DNA from: an uncultured bacterium
GTDB taxonomy: Bacteria > Muiribacteriota > UBA9980
Assembly (NCBI GenBank): GCA_964545075.1
Contig: CAZJFS010000001.1
Span: 33,890 to 97,889 of the forward strand
DNA length: 64,000 nt
Reading direction: 5' to 3'
Positions 1-10,420 of the stretch are shown here, piece by piece. A program made the position numbers and the translations under genes. Below the pieces are notes generated by a model that ran no database searches, was not told the DNA's origin, and saw only the letters and a program-made list of their open reading frames with translations. Each line of letters starts with the position of its first letter. Positions within the stretch are counted from its first letter, which is position 1.

Positions 1-2616
1 TTGAACGGCGTAATTTCCGCCGGCTGCGTAAGACGCCTTTAAAATAAGGTCGAATTTGCCTCTCACGGCCGGCTGCCAGGTTATCTCGCCGCTTTCTTTA
101 TTTAATTTAAAGGTCTTGTCATTTTCAACCGAAGGGTTCGACCTGATGTCGTATGAAAGTTTTGACGGATCTATGATATTCGATTTTTCATCGGTTACCG
201 TTATCTTGTAGCCGTATGCGGCGTTCAAAACGGCCGTTGAAGCGGGCGTTGAAGTTATGGATATTTTTCCGGCGGATCTTTTAACCACGCTTATCATGAT
301 AGCGCGGCTTGTAGAAGGAGTTTTTCCGTCTTCAACGCTGACGCTCACCGAATAATTCTTCGCCAGGCCGATGCAATCGGTCCCAAGAACCGGCGCCGCC
401 CATTTAATTTCAGATCTTTTTAAATTATTCGCAACGGTTTCGGTCGTGCCTTCAATCAAGCCGCCGGAAACCTGCCAGGCGAATTTTAAACTGCCGTTGT
501 TCGGGTTATCGGATGTGACCGAAACTGAAAGCGTATCGCTTTCATATATTTCATAACCGGTTTTATTTATAAGAAGTTCCGAAACCGAAAGCGGCTTTAT
601 TTCAGGGTTTGAGGGCGAAAGGACAAAAGTTGATTTCCTTTCGGCTTCACCGGCCGTAATATATTCGATCTTATTAATATATCCTTCTTTTATTATTTCT
701 AACTTATAGACGCCTTCCGTCAATTCAGCGAAACTCACGGTTCCTTTTTTATTTGTGTACAAATTTTTAATATCGTTCAAAAACACGCGGGCGCTTTGAA
801 GCGGCGCGCCGGACCCATCGGTTACGGTTATTTCAAGGGTCGAAGCGTTAAGCAATTCGAGCGGTTTCGGCATTATATATTCCGGAGTTTCCGACGCTAT
901 ACTCACTATAGTTTCGTTCTTCAAAACGGTTTTATTCGAGTTTTTTTTCAACGACGCGCTCAATATGTAATCGCCGGGCGAAAGGTTTGAGAAATTGAAA
1001 TATCCCATTTTAGAAGTGCTGGTTGAAAAAAGAGGATTCGAGTTCGGCTCGTTTTTTCTTCTGAGTTCGACGGCGGCGCCATCAACGCTGACCCCCGCCT
1101 CATCGGTTTTAGAAGTGTTTCCATAGATAACGTAACCGTTTAAATTCGATATGGACCTTATCGCATAGTAGGTGATACCGGTGCTTCTATAATAGTTGCC
1201 GTTGTTACCGGCCAGATCGGTGATATCAATATTAAAATTTACGATTCCTTCCACTTCATTCGTCGTCATTACGTAAGACGCTATATAATTTTCGCCGTCG
1301 ATTTTAGAAGCTCCGACGATATGCCCGTTGATCTTTACGCCGGGCATGCCGCCTAACGGCTCATTCGCGGTAAACGTCAATTTTATAGTATCGCCGGCTC
1401 TGGCATAATTAACGTTCACGGGATTATCGGAAACCGCCTTGAGCTGCGTCAGTACGGGCGAAACGGTATCTATCACGTATGTGACCCTGGCGATATCGGA
1501 ATCGGACATGCCTTCCTTTAAAGCTATCGCGGCTATCGTTGTCGTCGAATTAATAACTATCGGTTTCCCATCGTATATATTAAAATTCGTAAGTCCGATC
1601 TTTCCCGGATAACTCAAAGAATATTTAATTATGGCGCCAGGCGTATCGCACGATATTAAAACTTCGGTGGTATAATTTAAATTGCCTTCGGCGCGGTTGA
1701 ATTTAGGCGCGGCCGCTTTTTCAAGCGGGATTATTTTATCGGTAAAATCCTTTATCGAACCGGCCTGATCCGAGTTTGAATCGATCGTCGATCCTGAAAC
1801 GGTTATTGACGCGGCGAGTTGATTTTGCGATATAACGCTTTGAGCGCCGGAATACTTGACTATATTTATAAACGTTTTTAAAAGATCCGTCGCGTTCGAT
1901 AATTTCAAGGGTATAAAAGACGCCTTGAAATTTTCAGAAATATTTGAATCGCTCACAACCGATACCGTTTTAACCGCTTTCGCGAGTTCCGATACAATGG
2001 ATGTCCCGCCGCAGCTTTTTTCGATCTGATCGTCGGCCGGCGTTTTCCGGCCGTCATAGTTTAAATTAAAAATATCATTCGCGGACTCGATCTCCGTTGT
2101 GGAGTTCGATATTATTGAAAACATGCCGATCTTTTTTTCAGCGGCTAAAAGCGCCCGGACTGTTGAATTTTCATCAATGTTTATTCCTGATAATTTTATT
2201 TTTTTAACTTTATCCGGTATCTCGGACGAGGCCGGAATTTTTCCGAATACGCACTGATATAATATTCTGCCGTTCGAATTATTTTTTATAACGATCCTCG
2301 CGGTTATCGACGAGGCGCCGGTTGGAACGCTCGCAACATATGAATCGCCGTTTATCGCTACGCTTCCGATCGCTATATTTTCGTTATCGGCGTCAACGAC
2401 CGAAATGGAAATTTTAGCGCTTGATGGGGCCGCGTTGTTTTTCGGCGATATCAGAGGCGCGGACATCGCCGCGGCATTAAATTTTCCTTCCACCTCGATG
2501 GTTTTAGCCGCCTGACCGACGCCGGTTCCTGAATCGCTCCCGCCGCAGCCTGATATTGATAGAGTAATTATCAAGCAGAAAAATAAAAAAAATTTTTGAG
2601 AATAACGGTAAATCAT
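1..2616 (-). CDS. Large cell-surface lipoprotein, partial (C-terminus lies beyond the window start); >=872 aa in-window
   Basis: ATG at complement 2616-2614. I translated the reverse complement by hand for the first ~80 codons and found no stops: MIYRYSQKFFLFFCLIITLSISGCGGSDSGTGVGQAAKTIEVEGKFNAAAMSAPLISPKNNAAPSSAKISIS... This gives a signal peptide plus lipobox (LSISG|C). The ORF is absent from the supplied track, presumably because no stop occurs before the window edge. No other long minus-strand ORFs are listed in 1-2616. Beyond the translated portion the domain content (probably Ig-like or beta-sandwich repeats) is unverified. Confidence 0.6.
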   Translation of the reverse strand, partial: MIYRYSQKFFLFFCLIITLSISGCGGSDSGTGVGQAAKTIEVEGKFNAAAMSAPLISPKNNAAPSSAKISISVVDADNENIAIGSVAINGDSYVASVPTGASSITARIVIKNNSNGRILYQCVFGKIPASSEIPDKVKKIKLSGINIDENSTVRALLAAEKKIGMFSIISNSTTEIESANDIFNLNYDGRKTPADDQIEKSCGGTSIVSELAKAVKTVSVVSDSNISENFKASFIPLKLSNATDLLKTFINIVKYSGAQSVISQNQLAASITVSGSTIDSNSDQAGSIKDFTDKIIPLEKAAAPKFNRAEGNLNYTTEVLISCDTPGAIIKYSLSYPGKIGLTNFNIYDGKPIVINSTTTIAAIALKEGMSDSDIARVTYVIDTVSPVLTQLKAVSDNPVNVNYARAGDTIKLTFTANEPLGGMPGVKINGHIVGASKIDGENYIASYVMTTNEVEGIVNFNIDITDLAGNNGNYYRSTGITYYAIRSISNLNGYVIYGNTSKTDEAGVSVDGAAVELRRKNEPNSNPLFSTSTSKMGYFNFSNLSPGDYILSASLKKNSNKTVLKNETIVSIASETPEYIMPKPLELLNASTLEITVTDGSGAPLQSARVFLNDIKNLYTNKKGTVSFAELTEGVYKLEIIKEGYINKIEYITAGEAERKSTFVLSPSNPEIKPLSVSELLINKTGYEIYESDTLSVSVTSDNPNNGSLKFAWQVSGGLIEGTTETVANNLKRSEIKWAAPVLGTDCIGLAKNYSVSVSVEDGKTPSTSRAIMISVVKRSAGKISITSTPASTAVLNAAYGYKITVTDEKSNIIDPSKLSYDIRSNPSVENDKTFKLNKESGEITWQPAVRGKFDLILKASYAAGGNYAVQ

Positions 2617-3083
2617 TTTTAGCTCCTTTTATTATTATATTATTATATGAAATCAAAGACTATTTTATAGCAAAAGGCGTTTAATTATTTTTCAAATGTG
2701 TTACAAAACCGGATTTTTAAAAGAATAGATCGCATAATTTTTAAAATTATGAATTAATTATTATCAGAACCGGTATTTTATCAAAATTCTTTTGAACCGT
2801 CAAGATGTTTTTGTCTGGTACTATTTTCATAATATTAATCAGTTAATATATTCCCGCATTAAAATATAACCAGGCGTAGAAATCAGGAAAGCGGCTGAAA
2901 AATATACTTTTTAAAATAACGGCGTCTGATAAATCGGACGCCTTGAATTATGATGTCAAATTTTTGTGATAATGTCCTGTTGAATTATGATTGAAATCAG
3001 ACTGATTTTATGTTAGAATATCTTTTCGTAATGGATTCGAGTATAATATTAAAATTCTTAAAAATGTTACAAATGAAGCTTTT

Positions 3084-4139
3084 ATGTTAATGCAATCCCT
3101 CAAGTTATTTTATATAATATCTTTTTTCATCGGTTATCTTATTGGAAATAAGATATTAAATGTTTATGGCAGCCCTTTTTCAAACAAGCCCCTTAACAAA
3201 AAAATAAACGCCGGCATCTTACTTTTTTTTATTTTTCTGGTCTGCCTCGCGGCCTTTATACGGTTCGCCTTCGATATAGAGCTCTATCTTCCGCAGTTTA
3301 TGAGAATGCACGCCACGCACTTTAAATGGTGGGGCGTCGAACTTGTTTTTTCGGCCATATTCGGCTTTACTTACGGGCTTTATATGAAAGAGCCGCGCGG
3401 GGTCAGAGTCCGGCTGATATTGACCTCAGCCATCCTCTTTTCATTCATATTCGCGGGTGAATTTTTCTATACGCGCCCGATATTTGATCAGTGCAAAGAC
3501 ACGGTAAAAGACGGCGTCGTTTTTCAATCGTTTCAATCCACCTGCGGCCCCGCCTCGCTCGCTAATCTTCTGCGCCAGTTCGGCATTACCGCGAGCGAAA
3601 AAGACGTCGCCAGAGCCGCCAGAACTCGCTATACCGGAACGACGGGCGACGAACTCGTAACATCCATCGAAAAACTCGGCGTGAAAATGTACGCGCACTA
3701 TTTCAAGGTGCCGCTCGAAAAAATAGAACTTCTGGGGCTTCCTTGTGTTTTCAGTTTTGGCGAGGAACATTTCGTGATGTTTTTGAGTAAAAGAAAGCAT
3801 CTATATCAGTGCATCGATCCTTCCATCGGAAATATCACCATGAAAAAAGACGATCTGATGAAGGAATGGGACGGCAAATCAATCTTCATATTCGGCGAGG
3901 ACTTTGTTTTTTATATGACGCCGGGCGAGAAAAACGAAAAAATAATCCCGCTGAAAAAAGCCCTCGTTAAAATATTTGAAAAAAACGGTCGGAAAGCGGA
4001 GATACCGCTGGATGATCGCTTCGACGAAAAATTCAGCGCATGCCTTAACGAATTTAAAGCCGAAAAAAAAATAATGGAAGAACCGGGGCTCAACCCTTTC
4101 GTGAACCTTTTAATATTCGCGGACGCTTCTAAAAAGTGA
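3084..4139 (+). CDS. Membrane-anchored C39-like cysteine peptidase domain protein (N-terminal TM helices, C-terminal peptidase)
   Basis: The N-terminal ~140 aa are hydrophobic (several predicted TM helices). The C-terminal part has the papain-like C39 motifs: Q-x4-TCGPASLANLL (Gln/Cys), EEHFVMF (His), CIDPSIG (Asp). It sits 15 nt upstream of the sensor kinase gene, so it is probably co-transcribed with it. Confidence 0.55.
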   Translation: MLMQSLKLFYIISFFIGYLIGNKILNVYGSPFSNKPLNKKINAGILLFFIFLVCLAAFIRFAFDIELYLPQFMRMHATHFKWWGVELVFSAIFGFTYGLYMKEPRGVRVRLILTSAILFSFIFAGEFFYTRPIFDQCKDTVKDGVVFQSFQSTCGPASLANLLRQFGITASEKDVARAARTRYTGTTGDELVTSIEKLGVKMYAHYFKVPLEKIELLGLPCVFSFGEEHFVMFLSKRKHLYQCIDPSIGNITMKKDDLMKEWDGKSIFIFGEDFVFYMTPGEKNEKIIPLKKALVKIFEKNGRKAEIPLDDRFDEKFSACLNEFKAEKKIMEEPGLNPFVNLLIFADASKK

Positions 4140-4153
4140 GGTTTTGAAAACAA

Positions 4154-6376
4154 ATGACCGAAGATAATTTTTTCATTCGCGTGGAAGATCTAAAACCCGG
4201 AAGCCACTTGTGTTTTCTTTATAAAGAAGAGCGCGAGCACGAATTATTTTTCACTTCCTATATCAAATTAGGCCTTGAGCGAAACGAGAAAATCATTTAT
4301 TTCAACCACCTTCATGATAAAAGCATCATTATTTCATATTTAAACAAAGCCGGCATGGACGCCGACGGTTTCATAAAAAAAGGCCAGCTCGTATTCTTAA
4401 ATTTCGTCGAAACCTTTTTTCATGGCGGCGAGTGCGAACCTGACGCGATACTTCAATGGTTCTCGGCCCAGATAAAAGCAGCGGTTGACGAAGGCTACAA
4501 CGCTTTGCGCTCGACCGCCGAAATGGGCTGGATGATAGAAAAATGGCCGGAACTTCAAAAAAATATCATAAGTTATGAGGCTAAAATAAACGACTTCGTT
4601 CCTAAAAATAAATTCGTATGGATATGCCAGTACGATAGAAACATTTTCAGTTCCGAAATTTTACTCACGCTTTTAAACCTTCACGATTATATTTATATTG
4701 AAAACAGGGCATATATCAACAAACATCCGGTTAAAGCCAGCGAACTCGCGAATAATTTTTATGAGCCGATCCTGAAAAAATGGATTGAAACGGTTATCGG
4801 ATATAACGAAACCATAAAAGTCCTCGACGAAAGCCGCCAACGGTATAAACTTCTGACCGAAAACCTGAGCGCGTTGATATGCGAAATCGACATCACGGGC
4901 GCTTACACCTATATCAATCCCGCTTACGAAAAAGTAATGGACTATTCTTCAAAAGACCTTATCGGACATATCGTTTCAGAATTTATTCACCCCGAAGACC
5001 TTTTGAGAGCGATAGATGATTTCAATACAATAGTCAATTCGTGCCAACCCATAACCCGCGAGTGGCGTTTCAAACATAAAAACGGCGAATGGCGCTGGTT
5101 CGAATGCGTCGTCAGTATTTATACCGATAAAAACGGATTTAAAAAAATAGTCGCCGTCTCAAACGATATCACCGACCGTAAAAAAGTTGAAGCTGAAATT
5201 TTAAAGGCTAAATTTGCCGCCGAGGAGGCGAACAGGGCCAAAAGCATGTTCCTGGCGAATATGAGCCATGAAATAAGAACGCCCATGAACGGCATAATAG
5301 GGTTTACAAGCCTTCTTGAACATACCCAGATCAACGCCGAACAGCATGAATTTCTGGAAATGATAAAGATGTCCGCAAAACATTTGTTAACCCTGATAAA
5401 CGATATACTTGATTTTTCGAAGGTCGAAGCCGGAAAATTAATCCTCAACAGAGAATCCATAAACATCAGCGAACTTGTATACAAAACCGTTTCGCTTATG
5501 GAAAATACGGCGAAGCGAAAAGGGATCTATTTAAAATGCAGCGTGAGCGAAAACTTAAATTACAGGATCATGGGCGATAATCTCAGATTGAAACAAATTC
5601 TGACCAACCTCATCGATAACGCTATCAAATTCACATATTCCGGCGGCGTCGAAGTCTGCATCACCGAAGTCGAGAACGATAAAGATAAAGCTCTTCTGGC
5701 TTTTTCAGTAAAAGATACGGGAATCGGCGTTTTGGAAAGTAAAATAACCGAGATGTTTGAATCGTTCAAACAGCTTGACGGTTCAAACACAAGAAAATAC
5801 GGAGGAACCGGCCTTGGCCTCGCCATAGTCAAAAATCTCGTTGAAATGATGGGCGGCGTCATAAGGGTAAAAAGCGGACTGAATATAGGAAGCGAATTCA
5901 TGTTCGCGATACCTTTTAAAATTTCGCGCGAAACGGATAAGCGGTTGCACGAGCTTAAAGAAACCATTAAGAGAGAAGGTATCGGCTTGATCGGAGGAAA
6001 ACTGAGCATCCTTCTGGTCGAAGACGACGCCATGAGCCAGAAGCTTATCCACTCGATACTCGAAAGAAAAGCGGCCGGATCGTTCCTTGAAGTGGCTGAA
6101 AACGGCCTTGAAGCGATTGAAATGATTAAAAGTAAAAACTACGATCTTATTCTGATGGACGGGCAGCTGCCTGAAATGGACGGCTTCGCTACGACCAGAA
6201 TGATACGCGAGCGCGAGCGTTTCAGCAAAACGCATGTTCCAGTTATAGCGGTAACGGCTTTTGCCATAAGCGGGGACCGCGAAAGATTCATAGAAGCCGG
6301 CGCCGACGATTATATCACTAAACCGATAGACGAGAACGAACTTTTCGACAAGATCGAAAAATTCTTATATTATTGA
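4154..6376 (+). CDS. Hybrid sensor histidine kinase: MEDS-like N-terminal sensory domain, PAS, HisKA, HATPase_c, C-terminal REC
   Basis: N-terminus [18 protein letters not shown]... resembles the MEDS/DcmR sensory domain. A PAS region follows ([17 protein letters not shown]). H-box [15 protein letters not shown]; ATPase G-boxes DTGIGV and [11 protein letters not shown]. Receiver domain [13 protein letters not shown]...[15 protein letters not shown]...K. Confidence 0.8.
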   Translation: MTEDNFFIRVEDLKPGSHLCFLYKEEREHELFFTSYIKLGLERNEKIIYFNHLHDKSIIISYLNKAGMDADGFIKKGQLVFLNFVETFFHGGECEPDAILQWFSAQIKAAVDEGYNALRSTAEMGWMIEKWPELQKNIISYEAKINDFVPKNKFVWICQYDRNIFSSEILLTLLNLHDYIYIENRAYINKHPVKASELANNFYEPILKKWIETVIGYNETIKVLDESRQRYKLLTENLSALICEIDITGAYTYINPAYEKVMDYSSKDLIGHIVSEFIHPEDLLRAIDDFNTIVNSCQPITREWRFKHKNGEWRWFECVVSIYTDKNGFKKIVAVSNDITDRKKVEAEILKAKFAAEEANRAKSMFLANMSHEIRTPMNGIIGFTSLLEHTQINAEQHEFLEMIKMSAKHLLTLINDILDFSKVEAGKLILNRESINISELVYKTVSLMENTAKRKGIYLKCSVSENLNYRIMGDNLRLKQILTNLIDNAIKFTYSGGVEVCITEVENDKDKALLAFSVKDTGIGVLESKITEMFESFKQLDGSNTRKYGGTGLGLAIVKNLVEMMGGVIRVKSGLNIGSEFMFAIPFKISRETDKRLHELKETIKREGIGLIGGKLSILLVEDDAMSQKLIHSILERKAAGSFLEVAENGLEAIEMIKSKNYDLILMDGQLPEMDGFATTRMIRERERFSKTHVPVIAVTAFAISGDRERFIEAGADDYITKPIDENELFDKIEKFLYY

Positions 6377-7765
6377 TTCGCAACAATTGAATTTGCTTCT
6401 CTTCAGATATTTTCCATGCGTTTTAACGCCGCAGAAATTCGAGCCCTTCGCTATTATTTTACCGCGCGATATCGTTAATGTTACCATGCCGTCTAACGAA
6501 AAATTCTCATAAGCCGAATAATCGGCCTTATAATTTAAGTCTTTTATATTTATGACGCCTTTTTTACCTGGATCTATCAGCGTAAAATCCGCATCGGAAC
6601 CAACGGCTATGGAACCTTTTCGAGGATAAAGGCCGAATAGTTTCGCGGGATTGGTCGACATTACCGCGGCAAAACGATTTTTAGATATTTTTCCTTTTTT
6701 CACGCCATAAGAATATATCAGGTTTACGCGCTCGCCGATGCCGGGAGCGCCGTTGGGTATTTTCGTAAAATCGTTTTTCCCGATATCCTTCTGGCCTTTA
6801 AACATAAACGAGCAGTGGTCCGTAGCGATGACCTGAATAAAACCGTCGCGAAGGGCGTTCCAGATGATATCGTTGCCGGAGGCGGCGCGAAGAGGAGGCG
6901 ACATGACATATTTCGCGGCCTCGAAACCGTTCTTATGGTAAAGCTGGTTCGATAACAGCAAATATTGCGGGCAGGTCTCGGCATATACCGGAAGTCCGGC
7001 GGCGCGGGCGGCCTTGATTTCATCGAGGCCTTCATTGCTGCTTAAATGAACTATGTATAGCGGCATCCGGCAATATTGAGCAAGCGCTATTCCGCGGTGT
7101 ATGGCTTCGGATTCGGCTATCGCCGGATGAGCAGCCTCGTGAAATTCGGGCCCTGACTTTCCTTCGGAATGGAGTTTTTTCATCGAATGTTCTAAAATAT
7201 CGCCATTTTCAGCGTGAAGCGTAACTAGCGCCCCGTGTTTTTTAGCCAGATCAAGTATTTCGAGAAACTGGATGTCGGATATGCGCATCGCGGCGTACGC
7301 AAAAAAAGTCTTGAAGCTGGTTATGCCTTCCTTTTCGACAAGCTCGGCTACCTCGGACGCCACGCGGTCATTCACTTCGACGAGAGTAATGTGAAAAGCG
7401 TAATCCACGGCGGAATTGCCATCCGAGCGCTCGCGCCAGTATGCAAGGGCGTCTGAAAGCCTCTGGCCGCGCTTCGGGTTCGCGAAATCGATTATCGTCG
7501 TCGTCCCGCCGCAAGCCGCGGCCATCGTGCCGCTTTCAAAATCGTCGGCGGTGGTTATATTATTTCCGCACGGCATATCCAGATGGGTGTGAACGTCGAT
7601 CGCGCCCGGATAAATTTCAAGGCCGGAAGCGTCTATTACTTCGCAACCGGAAGGCGGGTTTATATTTTCGGCTATCTGTCTTATTTTTTCGCCTTCAACA
7701 AGAATGTCCGCTTTATAAGTTTCACAGGCCGTAATGACGGTCCCGTTCTTTATTATCATGGACAA
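6365..7765 (-). CDS. Dihydropyrimidinase / D-hydantoinase (cyclic amidohydrolase)
   Basis: [12 protein letters not shown]...[12 protein letters not shown] metal-binding motif. Length 466 aa and overall pattern are typical of the DHPase/hydantoinase family. Confidence 0.8.
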   Translation of the reverse strand: MSMIIKNGTVITACETYKADILVEGEKIRQIAENINPPSGCEVIDASGLEIYPGAIDVHTHLDMPCGNNITTADDFESGTMAAACGGTTTIIDFANPKRGQRLSDALAYWRERSDGNSAVDYAFHITLVEVNDRVASEVAELVEKEGITSFKTFFAYAAMRISDIQFLEILDLAKKHGALVTLHAENGDILEHSMKKLHSEGKSGPEFHEAAHPAIAESEAIHRGIALAQYCRMPLYIVHLSSNEGLDEIKAARAAGLPVYAETCPQYLLLSNQLYHKNGFEAAKYVMSPPLRAASGNDIIWNALRDGFIQVIATDHCSFMFKGQKDIGKNDFTKIPNGAPGIGERVNLIYSYGVKKGKISKNRFAAVMSTNPAKLFGLYPRKGSIAVGSDADFTLIDPGKKGVINIKDLNYKADYSAYENFSLDGMVTLTISRGKIIAKGSNFCGVKTHGKYLKRSKFNCCESII

Positions 7766-7858
7766 TTTTAGCCCTCCCGAAAGATTCGTTAAAAGTTAAG
7801 AATTTTCAGTTATATTATACACCAATTCGGGCTAATTTTGAATACGAATTGATATTTT

Positions 7859-8461
7859 TTAATGTTGGAATTTTTCCTTGACGTTTTTAAGGCCGCCTGA
7901 AATTTTTTCAAAAGTTTCGCCTGTATAATATTCTTTCATCCTGTTGGTATCGCTTAACGGCTCTTTCTCATCTTCACCGTCTTTTTCAAACCTTATGGTT
8001 ATAAGAACGACAAGAAGGTAAGCGATCAGAAGCATCGTATTAACGAAATCGGCCCTGTAAAAAGATTCAAGGACCGCCGCGCTTTCTATCTTGCCGCGAT
8101 TTTTAGCTATTTCAAGCGCGCTGGTTCCGTTAACGTCGGTTTTATCGTATCTGGCGCCGTATTTTAATAGCAGGGAAACAGTTTCGGCATTATCCGACGG
8201 ACTCATAGCGGCAAACATAAGAAGGGTCGTTCCGCCAGGACCCGCGGCGTTCACATTCTCGCCTTTTTCAAGAAACGATCTTAAACTTGCCGAATCGCCG
8301 CGATACGCAGCCGCCATAGCCGCCGTCATAACGGGGCCGGCCTGTTGTTCTTCCGGGCCGCCGCTTTTAAAGGTCTGACCATAAGCCATATTAACGAAAA
8401 TCAATGATAAAACGATCGAATATAATATGTTTTTATAGAAGCGGTAAAATAAGTTTTTCAT
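7859..8461 (-). CDS. Ankyrin-repeat protein with N-terminal signal peptide and C-terminal TM segment
   Basis: Signal-like N-terminus (IVLSLIFVNMAYGQ). Ankyrin repeats (GTTLLMFAAMS...LLLKYGARYDKTDVNGTSALEIAKNRG). Hydrophobic stretch near the C-terminus (MLLIAYLLVVLITI). Confidence 0.6.
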   Translation of the reverse strand: MKNLFYRFYKNILYSIVLSLIFVNMAYGQTFKSGGPEEQQAGPVMTAAMAAAYRGDSASLRSFLEKGENVNAAGPGGTTLLMFAAMSPSDNAETVSLLLKYGARYDKTDVNGTSALEIAKNRGKIESAAVLESFYRADFVNTMLLIAYLLVVLITIRFEKDGEDEKEPLSDTNRMKEYYTGETFEKISGGLKNVKEKFQH

Positions 8462-8651
8462 ATTTATCGTCCCTGCCTTTCTTAAGCGCCATCCCTGGCT
8501 ACTTGTAATCCTGGCTTTCTTGCTTCAGTTATCGGCCGGACGTGATAAATCAGATACACCGCTTTTAAAAATAGAACAGTTGAAAATGCTGGCATAGTGA
8601 AGCGGCAATGTATTTAAAAACATTGTAAAACATACTGTTTTTAAAAATGAA

Positions 8652-10052
8652 TTAATTTTTCATTAAAAAATGAAGATTGGCGATCGAAATGCCGCTTAAG
8701 ATGGCCCCGATAATGCCAAGAAATCCCTGATCGGTGCCGCAAATAAAAAGATTTTCAATATGGGTCGTTCCGTTCTTCGACTTGTTCTCGGCGCCGTAAA
8801 CCGCGCCGTTTATATGGCCGGTAAAGCGTTTAACGGTCTTGGGCGTGAAAATATCGTAAAATTTGATCATATCCTCTTCGAAATCAGGAATATATCTTTT
8901 AACCGTATCAATAGTTCTTATAAGGACGTCATCTTTGGCTTTTCTGTATTCGTCGCGTTCAAGCGATTCCCATATATCGTGGTTTGCCATGTTGGTCACT
9001 CGAAGCATATTGTCCCGAAGGGGTTTTTCATATTTAAAATTATTGGGGCAGCAGAGCACTCCGCTAGAATAATCAACTATTTCGTGAGGCATTCTGTAAT
9101 TGAATTTTTCAGAATCGTTATAAAAAATTATAGTGTGCTTATGGCCGAGATCCGCCGGAGGCTTATCGAGAAGAAGTATGACCTCGGTAAATGAAAGTTT
9201 TCCGGGCTTAGCGTCTTTCGAACGCCTTTCACTTTCCGGCCTGTCGGAACACATATCGAGGGTTTCGGGAAGCCCGATAGACGATAATATTTTCGGCGCG
9301 GATAGTTCCTCGCCCGAATCGAGCGTGACTGAAACGGCGCGTCCGTCCTTGATATTGATGGATTTAACCCCGGTTTTGAGACGCAATTCACCGCCGCTTT
9401 CAGCGAGCCGCCTTTCAAGCATCGAAATTATGCGGCGCACCCCTTCATAGGGACGCGAAAACCCTTCAAGGAATATACTTTTAAACATTATTACAAACTG
9501 GCCGAATTCCATATCGTTCTCTATTGCGCTACCGTAGTATGAAAGCGGGCAAAAGATCATTTCGACGAGCAGCGGATCTTTTATAAAGCCGGAAACAATA
9601 TCCCGCGCTGAAAGAGGTTTCGCATTCAGATCGAGTTCATTATAACTTTTGACGTGGGATAACAATTTTTCGAAATTATCCTTTTCGGCTGGAAATGCTT
9701 CATGGATGCCGGATCTGAAATATTGAAAATCATTAGTGAAATTAAGAGTGGCGCCTTTGAAATTGATCTGGGAGCCGGCCTGAGGAAAGAGGCCGAAATC
9801 CTCGTGCTTAAGCCGAAGCTGGCGCAGGATCTTCAGAAAAGGAGTGAGCTGTTTTGTTTCAGGCGGAACAAAATTGGTCATCGCGTGAAGGCCGACGTCT
9901 AAGTCGTAACCCCCGCGCCTGTAATAAGAATTCAGCCCGCCGGCGGCGAAGTGACGTTCTAAAAGGCAGACTTTACGCCCATAATGGGACAGCCTTATGC
10001 CGGCGGCAAGAGCTGACATTCCCGCGCCTATTATTATAGCGTCGTAAGACAA
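8652..10052 (-). CDS. FAD-dependent oxidoreductase, phytoene-desaturase (CrtI)-like family
   Basis: N-terminal Rossmann motif DAIIIGAGMSALAAGIRLSHYGRKVCLLERH. Last gene of the unidirectional ole/fab-like operon. Confidence 0.6.
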   Translation of the reverse strand: MSYDAIIIGAGMSALAAGIRLSHYGRKVCLLERHFAAGGLNSYYRRGGYDLDVGLHAMTNFVPPETKQLTPFLKILRQLRLKHEDFGLFPQAGSQINFKGATLNFTNDFQYFRSGIHEAFPAEKDNFEKLLSHVKSYNELDLNAKPLSARDIVSGFIKDPLLVEMIFCPLSYYGSAIENDMEFGQFVIMFKSIFLEGFSRPYEGVRRIISMLERRLAESGGELRLKTGVKSINIKDGRAVSVTLDSGEELSAPKILSSIGLPETLDMCSDRPESERRSKDAKPGKLSFTEVILLLDKPPADLGHKHTIIFYNDSEKFNYRMPHEIVDYSSGVLCCPNNFKYEKPLRDNMLRVTNMANHDIWESLERDEYRKAKDDVLIRTIDTVKRYIPDFEEDMIKFYDIFTPKTVKRFTGHINGAVYGAENKSKNGTTHIENLFICGTDQGFLGIIGAILSGISIANLHFLMKN

Positions 10053-10111
10053 TTTTACGCTCCACGCAAAAAAAATCGGAATCGGTCTATTGTTCGCCGG
10101 CGGCAGCCGGA

Positions 10112-10363
10112 TTATCTGTCTTTAAGGTGAGGCCTTAAATACTCGACGCAACCGTCAAGAGTCGCGAGTTTCATGTAATCTTCCTCGGGAACGTCAATTT
10201 TATAACGTTTGCGAAGTTCCATTATGATATCGAGGAAATCCATCGAATCCAGTTCGATCTGATCGCGAAGGCGCACGTCAGGCTTAATATTGGTTAGATC
10301 AGCGTCAGGCGCTATGTCGGCGACGATTTCAAGTATGAGGTCTTTGATCTGTTGATCTGTCAT
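10112..10363 (-). CDS. Acyl carrier protein
   Basis: 83 aa, acidic, with the phosphopantetheine attachment motif LDSMDFLD. Confidence 0.7.
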   Translation of the reverse strand: MTDQQIKDLILEIVADIAPDADLTNIKPDVRLRDQIELDSMDFLDIIMELRKRYKIDVPEEDYMKLATLDGCVEYLRPHLKDR

Positions 10364-10420
10364 TTTACTTCTCCCATCATTAATTCCGGCGAACAGTTTT
10401 TTTACTTTTCACCTGTTTTA

